From an uncultured Alphaproteobacteria bacterium (lineage in GTDB: Bacteria > Pseudomonadota > Alphaproteobacteria > Rhizobiales > Hyphomicrobiaceae), in assembly GCA_963735125.1 (NCBI GenBank), contig CAVTJY010000003.1, forward strand, positions 2,615-66,614: a DNA stretch of 64,000 nt, written 5' to 3'. Positions 49,005 to 58,338 of the stretch are shown here, piece by piece (position 1 is the stretch's first letter; each line of letters starts with the position of its first letter). A program made the position numbers and the translations under genes. The notes below the pieces were generated by a model. The model did not search any database and had not been told where the DNA came from. It worked only from the letters and a program-made list of their open reading frames with translations.

Positions 49005-50243
49005 GTGGCGCCCGCAACGCGGAACTACCTGATCGTCACGGCCTCCTATTGGGGCTTCACGCTGACGGACGGCGCGTTGCGCATGCTCGTGCTGCTGCAT
49101 TTCTTCCAGCTTGGCTACTCGCCGTTCACGCTGGCCTTCCTGTTCGTGCTCTACGAGACGGCGGGCATCCTCGCCAACCTTGCAGGTGGCTGGCTCGCGA
49201 CGCGCTTCGGCATCCCGCGCATGCTGGCCATCGGGCAGCTGCTGCAGATCGCCGGCCTGGCGCTGCTGTCGGTTCTCGATCCTGCATGGCCGGCCGCACT
49301 CGCAGTGGCATGGGCGGTTGGGGCGCAGGGCATTGCGGGACTGGCCAAGGACTTCACCAAGACGGCCTCCAAGTCGGCCATCAAGGCGACGAGCGTCAAG
49401 GACTCGAGCCAGCTCTTCAAATGGGTCGCGTGGTTCACCGGCTCGAAGAATGCCATGAAGGGGCTCGGCTTCTTCGTCGGCGGCCTCCTGCTCCAGATGC
49501 TTGGCTTTCGCGGCGCGTTGTGGCTGCTGGCTGCGCTGATCGCCGCGATCCTGGTGCTGGGCCTCGTCGCGTTGCCGCGCGAGCTTGGCAAGGCAAAGGC
49601 CTCGCAGAGCGTCAAGGAGCTGTTCGCCAAGTCGCGCGCGGTCAACCTTCTCGCTGCCGCACGCATCTTTCTGTTCGGCGCCCGCGATGTCTGGTTCGTG
49701 GTCGGGCTGCCGGTGTTCCTCTACGTGAACGGCTGGAGCTTCACGGAGGTGGGCGGCTTCCTGGCAACCTGGACCATCGCCTATGGCATCGTCCAGGCGG
49801 CAGCGCCGCGGATCGTCTCACGCAGTGCCGACGGCCTCAGCCGTGAAGTGCCCGCGGCGAGGGCTTGGTCGTTGGCACTGGCCGCAATCCCAGTCGTCCT
49901 CGCGCTCGCGCTGCGCAGCGCCGATGTGCTGCGGCCCGATCTGCTCGTGGTGGCGGGGCTGGCGCTGTTCGGCGTGGCGTTTGCAGTCAACTCCTCGCTC
50001 CATTCCTATCTGATCCTGGCCTATGCCGGATCGGAGAAGGCGGCCGAGGACGTGGGATTCTACTACGCGGCGAACGCCGGCGGGCGCCTGATGGGCACGC
50101 TCCTCTCAGGCCTCCTGTACCAGGTGGGCGGAATGACGGGCTGCCTGGTCGGCTCGGCCGTGATGCTGGCATTGTGCTGGCTGATCACTCTTGTGCTGCC
50201 GACACGCGTCGACGAGTCAGCCATGCCTAATCATCGGACGTAG
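49005..50243 (+). CDS. arsJ: MFS transporter ArsJ (organoarsenical/1-arseno-3-phosphoglycerate efflux)
   Basis: 412 aa, 12-TM MFS. N-terminus NYLIVTASYWGFTLTDGALRMLVLLHFFQLGYSPFTLAFLFVLYETAGILANLAGGWLA. The start is 4 nt after gapdh, and the GAPDH-ArsJ pairing is the family hallmark. Confidence 0.8.
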   Translation: MAPATRNYLIVTASYWGFTLTDGALRMLVLLHFFQLGYSPFTLAFLFVLYETAGILANLAGGWLATRFGIPRMLAIGQLLQIAGLALLSVLDPAWPAALAVAWAVGAQGIAGLAKDFTKTASKSAIKATSVKDSSQLFKWVAWFTGSKNAMKGLGFFVGGLLLQMLGFRGALWLLAALIAAILVLGLVALPRELGKAKASQSVKELFAKSRAVNLLAAARIFLFGARDVWFVVGLPVFLYVNGWSFTEVGGFLATWTIAYGIVQAAAPRIVSRSADGLSREVPAARAWSLALAAIPVVLALALRSADVLRPDLLVVAGLALFGVAFAVNSSLHSYLILAYAGSEKAAEDVGFYYAANAGGRLMGTLLSGLLYQVGGMTGCLVGSAVMLALCWLITLVLPTRVDESAMPNHRT

Positions 50244-50496
50244 CGCCGTCTGCGGTCGGCACCGTCGTGCTGATGGCGATCCCCATGATCAGGCGCAAAC
50301 GCGATATCGCGCTGCAGGAGGAGTAGCGTTCTTTCCAGCCGCTCCACGAACCAGTCAGCGGTCAAGGCAGCTCCAACGATGACCGGTGATCCGCCAGCCG
50401 AAGCCGTCCTTGCTGACATCGGCCATCTATGGGAACCATGATCCTTTCGCGTCTTGTCGGCGCCACGCCCTAACCCACCAGCAGGAGAACCGCACC

Positions 50497-50877
50497 ATGG
50501 ACTACGAAGAGAGATATGCGCTTGGCCGGAAAATTCGCGGCGAGGTCTTGGGCACCAAACACACCGAGCAGGCCGGATCCAGTCCGAACAAGTTCCAAAA
50601 GGAATTCCGCAAGTTCACCGAAGAGAACTGCTGGGGGACGGTATGGGTGCGTCCTGGCCTCGAGCGGAAGACGCGCAGCATGCTCAATCTGGCGATGCTC
50701 GCGGCGATGGCACGGTGGCACGAATTCGAGGTGCATACCCGCGGCGCGATCAACAACGGCGTCAACGACGACGAGATGATCGAGATCGTCCTGCAGGTGG
50801 GCGTCTATGCCGGCGTCCCGGTTGCGGCCGAAGCCATGCGGATTGTGGACCGGGTGATGACCGAGGCAAAGAAGTAA
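50497..50877 (+). CDS. Carboxymuconolactone decarboxylase-family protein (PcaC-like)
   Basis: MDYEERYALGRKIRGEVLG...ENCWGTVWVRPGLERKTRSMLNLAMLAAMARWHEFEVHTRGAINNGVNDDEMIEIVLQVGVYAGVPVAAEA. Confidence 0.8.
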   Translation: MDYEERYALGRKIRGEVLGTKHTEQAGSSPNKFQKEFRKFTEENCWGTVWVRPGLERKTRSMLNLAMLAAMARWHEFEVHTRGAINNGVNDDEMIEIVLQVGVYAGVPVAAEAMRIVDRVMTEAKK

Positions 50878-51039
50878 GCCTTGCCACGGTAGACGGCGCA
50901 CTCCGGGCCACGAGCAGTTGCGGTTCACCAAGAGCCGCGACGGAGTCGGCGGCGCCGTCTCTCAGGATTTCCAATGCTAGCGAGGTCAGAGCAATGTCCG
51001 ATGCCATGAAGGGCTCGCGTTCCCACCAGCAGGCGCAGG

Positions 51040-51260
51040 TCCTTGCCGTCGATGGGTCCAATGATCGACTGCGGTGATCCTGCAACGTCCTACCGCCAGT
51101 CGGAAGACGACCTCCGGCTGGCGGTAGGCGAGCAACTCTCGGTGGTTGCGTGGGCTCGCAGCGATCTGTGGTGCGCCGACTTCAAGGGTGAGTTCAAGCT
51201 CGGCCGGCAACGCCATGCAGCAACAGGAGCGCTTCGACGCCTTCATCCGGGGCCGAACAT
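51040..51260 (+). pseudogene. Transposase remnant (rve integrase-core, IS481/IS3-like)
   Basis: LWCADFKGEFKLG in ORF 51043..51489 matches the start of the rve catalytic core. A QQERFDAFI-like piece follows in another frame. Both ends are missing. Confidence 0.4.
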
Positions 51261-51425
51261 TGCTACGCAACGGGATTTTCATGTCAGAACCCTCGCGGGT
51301 GTGACACAGCCGGAATGTCTGCCTTTGCGCAACTGCGGACACGTGGTGCTGGCGCTTTGCAGAAATAGCGGTCATGCGGGCTGCAGCAAAAAGGCGGCAG
51401 CCGGCAAGGGGCAATATCCGCGGAG

Positions 51426-52451
51426 CTACCGCCAGCCGAGCGGAGGAGCTACATGGGCTAAGATCGCCTCGATCACGTGGGTGTTGTAGTCGACGCCGAG
51501 CTGGTTGGGGACGGTCAAGAGCAGCGTGTCGGCCTCCGCGATGGCCTCGTCCTCGGCCAATTGCTTGACAAGGGCATCGGGTTCGTCGGCGTAGCTGCGG
51601 CCGAAGATCGCCCGCTTTTCGGGCTCGATGTAGCCGAAGTGGTCCTGGTCCTGGTTGCCGCCGAAGTACGCGCGATCACGGTCATCCACGATGGCGAAGA
51701 TGCTGCGGCTGACCGAGACGCGTGGTGTGCGCTGATGGCCGGCTGCCGCCCAGGCCGCGCGGTAGGCGCGGATCTGCTCGGCCTGCTGGATGTGGAAAGG
51801 CTTGCCGCTTTCGTCGAACTTCAATGTCGAGCTTTGCAGGTTCATGCCGAGCTTGGCTGCCCACTCGGCGGTAGCATTGGTCGCCGCACCCCACCAGATG
51901 CGCTCGCGCAGGCCTTCCGAGTGCGGCTCGAGGCGCAAGAGGCCTGGCGGGTTCGGGAACATCGGGCGCGGGTTGGGCCTGGCGAAGCCCTCGCCGCGCA
52001 GCACGTCGAGAAAGACCTCCGCATGGCGCCGGGCCATGTCAGCGTCGGTCTCGCCCTCGGCCGGCTGGTAGCCGAAGTAGCGCCAGCCGTCGATCACCTG
52101 CTCTGGCGAGCCGCGACTGATGCCGAGCTGCAGCCGCCCGCCGGCGATGAGGTCGGCGGCGCCCGCATCCTCGGCCATGTACATCGGGTTCTCGTAGCGC
52201 ATGTCGATGACGGCCGTGCCGATCTCGATACGGCTCGTCCTGGCGCCAACGGCTGCCAGCAGCGGGAACGGAGAGCCGAGCTGGCGGGCGAAGTGGTGCA
52301 CGCGGAAGTAGGCCCCGTCGGCGCCCAACTGTTCGGCGGCGACGGCCAGATCGATGGACTGCAGAAGCGCATCGGATGCCGATCGCGTTTCGGAGCGAGC
52401 CGAGGGCGACCAGTGTCCAAAGGAGAGAAAGCCGATCTTTTTCCGGGGCAT
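51426..52451 (-). CDS. LLM-class (luciferase-like) flavin-dependent oxidoreductase
   Basis: MPRKKIGFLSFGHWSPS...LLQSIDLAVAAEQLGADGAYFRVHHF...IEIGTAVIDMRYENPMYMAEDAGAADLIAGGRLQLGISRGSPE. Intact. Confidence 0.85.
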   Translation of the reverse strand: MPRKKIGFLSFGHWSPSARSETRSASDALLQSIDLAVAAEQLGADGAYFRVHHFARQLGSPFPLLAAVGARTSRIEIGTAVIDMRYENPMYMAEDAGAADLIAGGRLQLGISRGSPEQVIDGWRYFGYQPAEGETDADMARRHAEVFLDVLRGEGFARPNPRPMFPNPPGLLRLEPHSEGLRERIWWGAATNATAEWAAKLGMNLQSSTLKFDESGKPFHIQQAEQIRAYRAAWAAAGHQRTPRVSVSRSIFAIVDDRDRAYFGGNQDQDHFGYIEPEKRAIFGRSYADEPDALVKQLAEDEAIAEADTLLLTVPNQLGVDYNTHVIEAILAHVAPPLGWR

Positions 52452-52571
52452 GAGCTGGTCCTCGCTTCGCGCCCAGAGTGCACGCCCCGGCAAAAGGCTA
52501 CAATAGGTCCAAATAGGTCAGCTGGAATGTCATTATCGAACCTCTAACGCCCAGGTAAGAAGGAGGCCTCA

Positions 52572-53612
52572 GTGCGCCGTCTTGTCATTCATGCGCCACT
52601 CGACCTGCGAGTTGAAGAGGGCGCCGAAGCCGCGGCGCTTGGTCCGCAGGACGTCCTCGTTCGCATCGGTGCGGGCGGGATCTGCGGTTCCGACCTGCAC
52701 TACTATCGGCATGGCGGTTTCGGCACCGTGCGTCTCAAGGAGCCGATGGTGCTTGGTCACGAAGTCGCTGGAACGGTGACCGCCGTGGGCGAAGCGGTCA
52801 AACGTGTGCGACCCGGCGATCGGGTGGCGGTCAATCCCAGCCAGCCGTGCGGCGCATGCAACTACTGTGCGGCTGGTCTCGCCAATCACTGTCTCGACAT
52901 GCGCTTCTACGGCAGTGCCATGCGTTTCCCTCACGTGCAGGGTGCATTCCGCGATGTCTTGGTGTGCAACGAAGCGCAAGCGGTGCCAATCGCGGGCCAC
53001 GTCTCGCTGGGCCAAGCCGCATTCGCGGAACCACTCGCGGTCTGCCTCCATGCTGTGCGCCAGTCGGGCGGCGTCAAGGACAAACGGGTTCTGGTGACAG
53101 GCTGCGGCCCCATTGGTTGCCTTCTGATCCTTGCCGCCCGATATGCGGGAGCGCGTGAGGTCGTTGCAACCGACGTCGTCGATGAAACTCTCGAGATCGC
53201 CCGGACCATAGGTGCCGACCAGACGATCAATGCGGCCACGAGCCCGGAAAAGCTCAAGTCCTTCGCGGCGAACAAGGGAACCTTCGACGTTGGTTTCGAA
53301 GCGTCCGGTAGCGCGGAGGCGCTGATCGCAGCCATCGATGCGGTCAAGCCCGGCAGCACCATCGTTCAGGTCGGGCTGAGCGGCGGCGCTCTCCCGATAC
53401 CCATCAACATGATCGTGAGCAAGGAGGTCTCACTGCGCGGCTCGTTCCGATTCCATGAAGAGTTCACAGAGGCGGTGGACGCGATCGGGACAGGCCAGAT
53501 CGACGTGGCTCCGTTGCTTACCCGCACCGTTCCTCTGAAAGACGCAATCTCCGGCTTCGAGCTGGCCTCGGACCGGCGCCGGGCAATGAAGGTACAACTG
53601 GCATTCGATTGA
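52572..53612 (+). CDS. Zn-dependent medium-chain dehydrogenase (L-idonate 5-dehydrogenase/sorbitol dehydrogenase-like)
   Basis: GICGSDLHYY, GHEVAGTV, the structural-Zn Cys cluster CGACNYCAAGLANHC and Rossmann motif VTGCGPIG. Intact, with a GTG start. Confidence 0.85.
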   Translation: MRRLVIHAPLDLRVEEGAEAAALGPQDVLVRIGAGGICGSDLHYYRHGGFGTVRLKEPMVLGHEVAGTVTAVGEAVKRVRPGDRVAVNPSQPCGACNYCAAGLANHCLDMRFYGSAMRFPHVQGAFRDVLVCNEAQAVPIAGHVSLGQAAFAEPLAVCLHAVRQSGGVKDKRVLVTGCGPIGCLLILAARYAGAREVVATDVVDETLEIARTIGADQTINAATSPEKLKSFAANKGTFDVGFEASGSAEALIAAIDAVKPGSTIVQVGLSGGALPIPINMIVSKEVSLRGSFRFHEEFTEAVDAIGTGQIDVAPLLTRTVPLKDAISGFELASDRRRAMKVQLAFD

Positions 53613-53659
53613 TGCATGGGGATGCGATCAATGGAAATGGCCGCATTCAGCGCACGAAA

Positions 53660-53694
53660 GGAGGAGGACACGACAAGGCGTCGTGTCCTCCTCC
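53660..53694. terminator. Bidirectional hairpin terminator
   Basis: ggaggaggacacgac-aaggc-gtcgtgtcctcctcc, a 15-bp perfect stem between convergent genes. Confidence 0.7.
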
Positions 53695-53702
53695 AAGATG
53701 CC

Positions 53703-54050
53703 TCATGAGCAGGGGACGGTAATCATCTCCCCAAGCGCTGCGGAGTATTCCTGGCACTGTATGGTTGGCGACTGAGCGGTCTTCGCTGGCGAGGTCTCGG
53801 CAACTGCGTTGGTGGTCGAGCTCACCACTTGAGCTGTAGCCTCGGGTTTGTCAGCGGTGGTGGCCGCCGCCGTACGCACGCTCGACCGAGGCTCGCGCTT
53901 CTGCACGACCTTCTTGACCACGATCGGGGATTTCACCGTTCGGGCTCTGTACCCACCACTGTACCCTCCACCGTGGCTGCCACAGCCTGCAAAGGCCGGC
54001 TCTGCGGCGAACAGGGCAAGCACGACAAGGCTCGCGGATATCATCCTCAT
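53703..54050 (-). CDS. Small secreted low-complexity protein
   Basis: Signal peptide MRMISASLVVLALFAAEPAFAG, a Gly/Tyr patch (GSHGGGYSGGY), a basic segment and two C-terminal Cys. Confidence 0.45.
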   Translation of the reverse strand: MRMISASLVVLALFAAEPAFAGCGSHGGGYSGGYRARTVKSPIVVKKVVQKREPRSSVRTAAATTADKPEATAQVVSSTTNAVAETSPAKTAQSPTIQCQEYSAALGEMITVPCS

Positions 54051-54335
54051 GTCTGAATCTCCAAGGTGATCATTGACGCTTTGCGCAGCATGCCCTGCCG
54101 GCAATGGCCGAAGCTGTTACCTGGAGAACATGGGCTTTGGGCCGCTGTGCGTCCGATTTCGCCCCGAATTGCGATCAATCCTCCGGGTCTCGACGCGAAT
54201 TCGCGTTCCTCCCCCAAACGTATGAAGCGAAGTCGCTTAGGGGGCACCAGAATGGCTGCGCAGCGACGGCCATCGGCTCGCAGATGCATGCGCTGGACTG
54301 GACTGATTGGTGTCTCACTATTGGAGCTTCGTGAC

Positions 54336-54854
54336 ATGTCGACATTTCGTGCAGCCTGGTGTGGAGCCGCGTTTGCCGCGGCGATGCTTGCCACACCGCT
54401 TCCGAGTCAGGCGCAAGCCATACTTGCCCTCGATGCCGCCAATTCTCTCGTTCGCGGGAGTACGTCGACCATTGTTCTGAACGTGTCGGTCAAAGCCAAA
54501 CCCGTCAGCTTCCATCGCCTGTACGTCAAGGTCCGGTGCAAAGAGCTTGTCGATCTGACCTACTCGCTGCCCGACGAGAAGGACGAGAAGGGGAAGAAGA
54601 CCGCGCCGGGAAAGACCATCAGCGTGAAGCGCGAAGAGATCCTGTTCGAGAAGGAAGTGCCTTTCATCGTCGAGAAGGAATACGCGCCGGGCTCGCACAA
54701 CACGGTCCAAGCGCAGCTCGAGATTCCCATTCAGCTCCCGCCCACCGCCAGGGGCAAGCTCTCACAGATCAAATGGGAGGCAGAGGCGCAGGGCGATGTG
54801 GTGGGCAAGTTCTGGGACGCCACGAGCGGATGGCAGGAGGTAACCGTCAAGTAG
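54336..54854 (+). CDS. Secreted hypothetical protein
   Basis: Signal peptide MSTFRAAWCGAAFAAAMLATPLPSQAQA, followed by a beta-rich body. I recognise no confident family. Confidence 0.45.
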   Translation: MSTFRAAWCGAAFAAAMLATPLPSQAQAILALDAANSLVRGSTSTIVLNVSVKAKPVSFHRLYVKVRCKELVDLTYSLPDEKDEKGKKTAPGKTISVKREEILFEKEVPFIVEKEYAPGSHNTVQAQLEIPIQLPPTARGKLSQIKWEAEAQGDVVGKFWDATSGWQEVTVK

Positions 54855-54970
54855 ACGGGCTCTGCCTACACGCGAGTAGGTCAGTCGGGGCGAGCGCCTC
54901 CAACGTTGGTGCTGCAGCGTTCGGGCTTTGCTTGCCGGATTCCAAGCGCCCTCGCCAAGAGCGCAGCGGA

Positions 54971-55645
54971 TCAGAACCGTGTCGGGAGATCCGTCTGCCG
55001 CATCTCTCTCAACGCCGGGCCGCGTGCGGCGGCGGCGGGGGCTCGTTCCGAAGCAAAGCCGCCGTCCGACGTGAAGCGATCCCAGGTGACCGTGACCGGC
55101 GCGCCGACGGTCACGCGCGGGTAGAGGTCCAGCACGTCCTGGTTATACATGCGGATGCAGCCCTTCGAGACGGCCGTGCCGATCGTCCAAGGCGCATCCG
55201 TGCCGTGGATGCGGTAGGTACTGGAGCCCAGATAGAGCGCGCGCACGCCGAGTGGGTTCAACGGGTGTCCACCCGGCACCCAGCGCGGCAAGCGAGGATT
55301 CTCGGCGACCATGGTTGGCGTTGGCGTCCAGGACGGATTGACGCGCTTGTTGGTCACGGTCGTCGCGCCCTCCCAGCGGTCTTCCTCGCGCGGAATGGCG
55401 ATCGGATAGCTGATGGCCTCGCCCGGCGCAGTGACGAAATAGAGACGCCGGTCGCCAAAGCTGACGACGATGTGCCCGGGCTCGAACGGCGCATTGAAAC
55501 GCACCATCTCTCTGCCGCTGGCGCCCACTTCGCTTCCGCCGCCCCAATCCCAGAAGAGCTGAGCGCCAGCCGGCGTCGGATACGAAGCTGCCACAAGGGC
55601 ACCGATCAAACATAACTGGACCAGACGTGGGCCAAGTTGTTGCAT
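54971..55645 (-). CDS. L,D-transpeptidase (YkuD domain)
   Basis: Catalytic motif YRIHGTDAPWTIGTAVSKGCIRM and a signal peptide. Intact, 224 aa. Confidence 0.85.
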   Translation of the reverse strand: MQQLGPRLVQLCLIGALVAASYPTPAGAQLFWDWGGGSEVGASGREMVRFNAPFEPGHIVVSFGDRRLYFVTAPGEAISYPIAIPREEDRWEGATTVTNKRVNPSWTPTPTMVAENPRLPRWVPGGHPLNPLGVRALYLGSSTYRIHGTDAPWTIGTAVSKGCIRMYNQDVLDLYPRVTVGAPVTVTWDRFTSDGGFASERAPAAAARGPALREMRQTDLPTRF

Positions 55646-56091
55646 GGCTATGCCCCTGTGCTAACGGTTCCCGCCGCTCACCAACCCCCTGCGGACGAGC
55701 AAGTTCCACTGCGTCTTGTGGAGAGAGTTGGGCGAAAGCATGGTGGATGTACACATAAGTGGCGTCTAACCAGCAAAGTTCCAATCGAACCACGCAAGGC
55801 GGTGTTGCTCGACCGATCTTCCCGAGGCGAGCGGCCGGCGCTTTTCTCACTACGACAAGGCACTACGTGGCTGCCCCCGCGCCTGACACAATCGCCTGTC
55901 AGTGTGATTAGCGCAGAAGGGGAAGCCGCGCACCGAGCGTGAAGCACTCGTGAGGCTGCGGATTGGGGCACTCAAGTCTGCCGCCTTGGCGCCCTGACCC
56001 CTTCTGCACCAAGTTGTCGGAGTACGAGAGAGTTGCCGGATCGCTGGCGATTGCGAACTCACCGAATCCGACATTCGAAGCGGCCGCCATT

Positions 56092-57057
56092 TCACGGACA
56101 ATGTCGCGCTCGGCGGTTTTCCGATCGACAGCCATGGTTCGCGGCTTTCAGTTCGTTCGATCGACCTGCAAATAGTCCATTGAATTCGAGAGTCTTCTGG
56201 ATCGATTTGAGCATGGCGCTGACCGGTCCCGTGAGCCCGGCGTCGGCGTAGCTCGCATATACGCGTCCATGATTGATTTCGGGAACGGGTCGGAGAATGT
56301 GCACACGGCCCGCTGCCGCCTCCGCCTCCATCATCTTGGCCGGCAGCACGCCCAGGGCCGCTCCCGACGAGACGAGATGGCCGATGATGGCAACGCTGCT
56401 GCAGATGTCCAGGCGTTGCGGCTCGAGGCCCGCCGTCGCAAACCAGTCATTGATCTGGCGAAACATCGCCGAGCGCGGCGGATTGCTGACGACTGGCAAG
56501 CGATAGAGGTCGACAGGCCTCACCGACGGTCCCAAGCCCCAAGCGGCCGAAGCTGCCCAGACGGTATCCTGAACTCCAAGCGGAAAGAGCCGCATGCCCT
56601 GTCTCCCGATTGGATTGACCAGGACGGCGAGGTCCAGATGGCGATCAACCAGATCCTGCTCGAGCTCGTAGCTGATCGCGACGACATACTCGGGTTTGAG
56701 CAAGGGAAAGTCCTGCCGAACGATCTCGAGCAGCTTCGGTAGACAGGTGACGGCAAAGCCCTCGGCAAAGCCGACCCGGATGCTGCCACTGATCGCCGCG
56801 GGGTCGGTTTGCTGCCTGATGCGGTCAGCCTCCTCCAGCAACGTGGCAACGCGCGGGACCAGTGCGATGCCCTCGGAGGTCAGGGCAAGTCCCCTGCCAC
56901 TCTTCTGAAACAGACTGACGCCCAGCGCCCTCTCCAGGTCGCGCAAGCGCAGGGAGATTGTGGGCTGCGCCATGTGCAGATGGCCGGCAGCCTTGCTCAG
57001 GGACCCGAGCTGCGCGGTCCAGAAGAAGGCTTCCAGCTGGGCGATTGTGAAACGCAT
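56092..57057 (-). CDS. LysR-family transcriptional regulator
   Basis: HTH MRFTIAQLEAFFWTAQLGSLSKAAGHLHMAQPTISLRLRDLERALGVSLFQKSGRGLALT plus a LysR substrate-binding domain. Divergent from the enolase-superfamily gene. Confidence 0.85.
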   Translation of the reverse strand: MRFTIAQLEAFFWTAQLGSLSKAAGHLHMAQPTISLRLRDLERALGVSLFQKSGRGLALTSEGIALVPRVATLLEEADRIRQQTDPAAISGSIRVGFAEGFAVTCLPKLLEIVRQDFPLLKPEYVVAISYELEQDLVDRHLDLAVLVNPIGRQGMRLFPLGVQDTVWAASAAWGLGPSVRPVDLYRLPVVSNPPRSAMFRQINDWFATAGLEPQRLDICSSVAIIGHLVSSGAALGVLPAKMMEAEAAAGRVHILRPVPEINHGRVYASYADAGLTGPVSAMLKSIQKTLEFNGLFAGRSNELKAANHGCRSENRRARHCP

Positions 57058-57107
57058 ACATCAGATTTCCCAATGCTTCGCACTCGAATAAACCAATTAG
57101 TTTCGAT

Positions 57108-58328
57108 TTGCAAAAGAGACTAGGTTCCGGCACCGCCCAGCGCCATCGGGGATGCCTCTTGGAAACGGCCATCGACCGCATTGAGTTGTTTGCACTGTCC
57201 TGCAGGCTGCCTGACAGGATCGGCAATGCGGTCCGCTTTTTCGACCGGCGCGAGACCCTGCTGGTCCGGATCACGACCCGTGGCGGCGCGATCGGCTGGG
57301 GCGAGACGTGGGCGCTCCCGGCACCGGCCGCAGCACTGATCCAGACGACGCTGGGCCCGGCAGCGCTGGGCGAGGACATTCGCTATCCCGCAAAGATCTG
57401 GCGCAAACTCGCGCGCTTCATCGCCAATGATCGGCGCGGCCTTACCCACATGGCGATCAGCGCCCTCGATATGGCAACCTGGGACGCAGCGGCGCGCGCT
57501 GACGGCCTCCCCTTGTCCGCCAAGCTCGGTGGAGCCCTTCGAGAGAAGCTGTCCTGCTACGTCAGCGGGCCGTTCCTGAAGCCCACGCCAAACCCGTTTG
57601 CACACTATCTCGATGAAATCGGTGGCTATCTCGATCGCGGCTTTCGCAACATCAAGGTTCGCGCGGGCATCGGAGCACGCGCGGATGCGGCGCTCATCGC
57701 CGCGACGCGATCCCGAATCGGTGCCGACATCGGGCTGATGGTCGACTTCAACGAGGCGGGCGACATTGCGCAGACGCTCGACTTCTCAAGGCGCGTTGCT
57801 GACGCCGATCTGATCTGGCTGGAGGAGCCTGTGCTCCACGATGATCCGGCAAGCTGGAAGCGCGTTTCGGCCGAGGCGGGCCTTGCGCTGGCAGGCGGCG
57901 AGTCACTCTACGGCCTCGCGGGCTTCCGCGACTTCCTGTGCGCGGGCGTTTTCTCCGTGGCCCAGCCTGACATCGCTCTTTGCGGCGGTCTGACCGAGGC
58001 GCTGCGTATCGCTGCGCTGGCGGAAGCTTTCAATGTGCCGGTTGCGCCGCATGTCTGGGGGGGAGCGGTGAATTTCAACGCCTCTCTCCACTTCGCTGCG
58101 ATCCTTCCCGACCGCACATGGCCCGGCAGACGCTTCCCGTTCTTCGAGTACGACGCTTCGTTCAATCCGCTGCGCACGGCATTTGCCGATTGTCCAGTCG
58201 GCGAGAATGGTCTGGTCGCCGTACCGAAGGGGGCCGGTATCGGGCTCGACATACGCGAAAGCGAGCTGGCGCCGCTCCTCACTGCAAAACACGAACTGAA
58301 CCAGTCAAACAGCAAAGCTAAAAACTAG
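57108..58328 (+). CDS. Enolase-superfamily enzyme (mandelate racemase/muconate lactonizing family; likely an acid-sugar dehydratase)
   Basis: GWGETW capping-domain motif and barrel metal ligands (MVDFNE, LEEP) with the usual spacing. The true start may be the TTG near 57159. Confidence 0.8.
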   Translation: MQKRLGSGTAQRHRGCLLETAIDRIELFALSCRLPDRIGNAVRFFDRRETLLVRITTRGGAIGWGETWALPAPAAALIQTTLGPAALGEDIRYPAKIWRKLARFIANDRRGLTHMAISALDMATWDAAARADGLPLSAKLGGALREKLSCYVSGPFLKPTPNPFAHYLDEIGGYLDRGFRNIKVRAGIGARADAALIAATRSRIGADIGLMVDFNEAGDIAQTLDFSRRVADADLIWLEEPVLHDDPASWKRVSAEAGLALAGGESLYGLAGFRDFLCAGVFSVAQPDIALCGGLTEALRIAALAEAFNVPVAPHVWGGAVNFNASLHFAAILPDRTWPGRRFPFFEYDASFNPLRTAFADCPVGENGLVAVPKGAGIGLDIRESELAPLLTAKHELNQSNSKAKN

Positions 58329-58338
58329 GGAGAGCAAA

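Noticed and set aside
50231-50419. Minus-strand 62-aa ORF just after arsJ (…LTADWFVERLERTLLLLQRDIAF…)
   Set aside because: No recognisable domain, no convincing start context, and it overlaps the arsJ stop region. It could be a fragment of something, but I cannot support a call.
55646-56135. 440-nt non-coding gap plus the 75-aa minus ORF 55908..56135 overlapping the LysR 3' end, a possible sRNA or small protein
   Set aside because: Only short 6-bp stems are present, with no terminator-like structure, no promoter motif I can defend and no recognisable peptide family.
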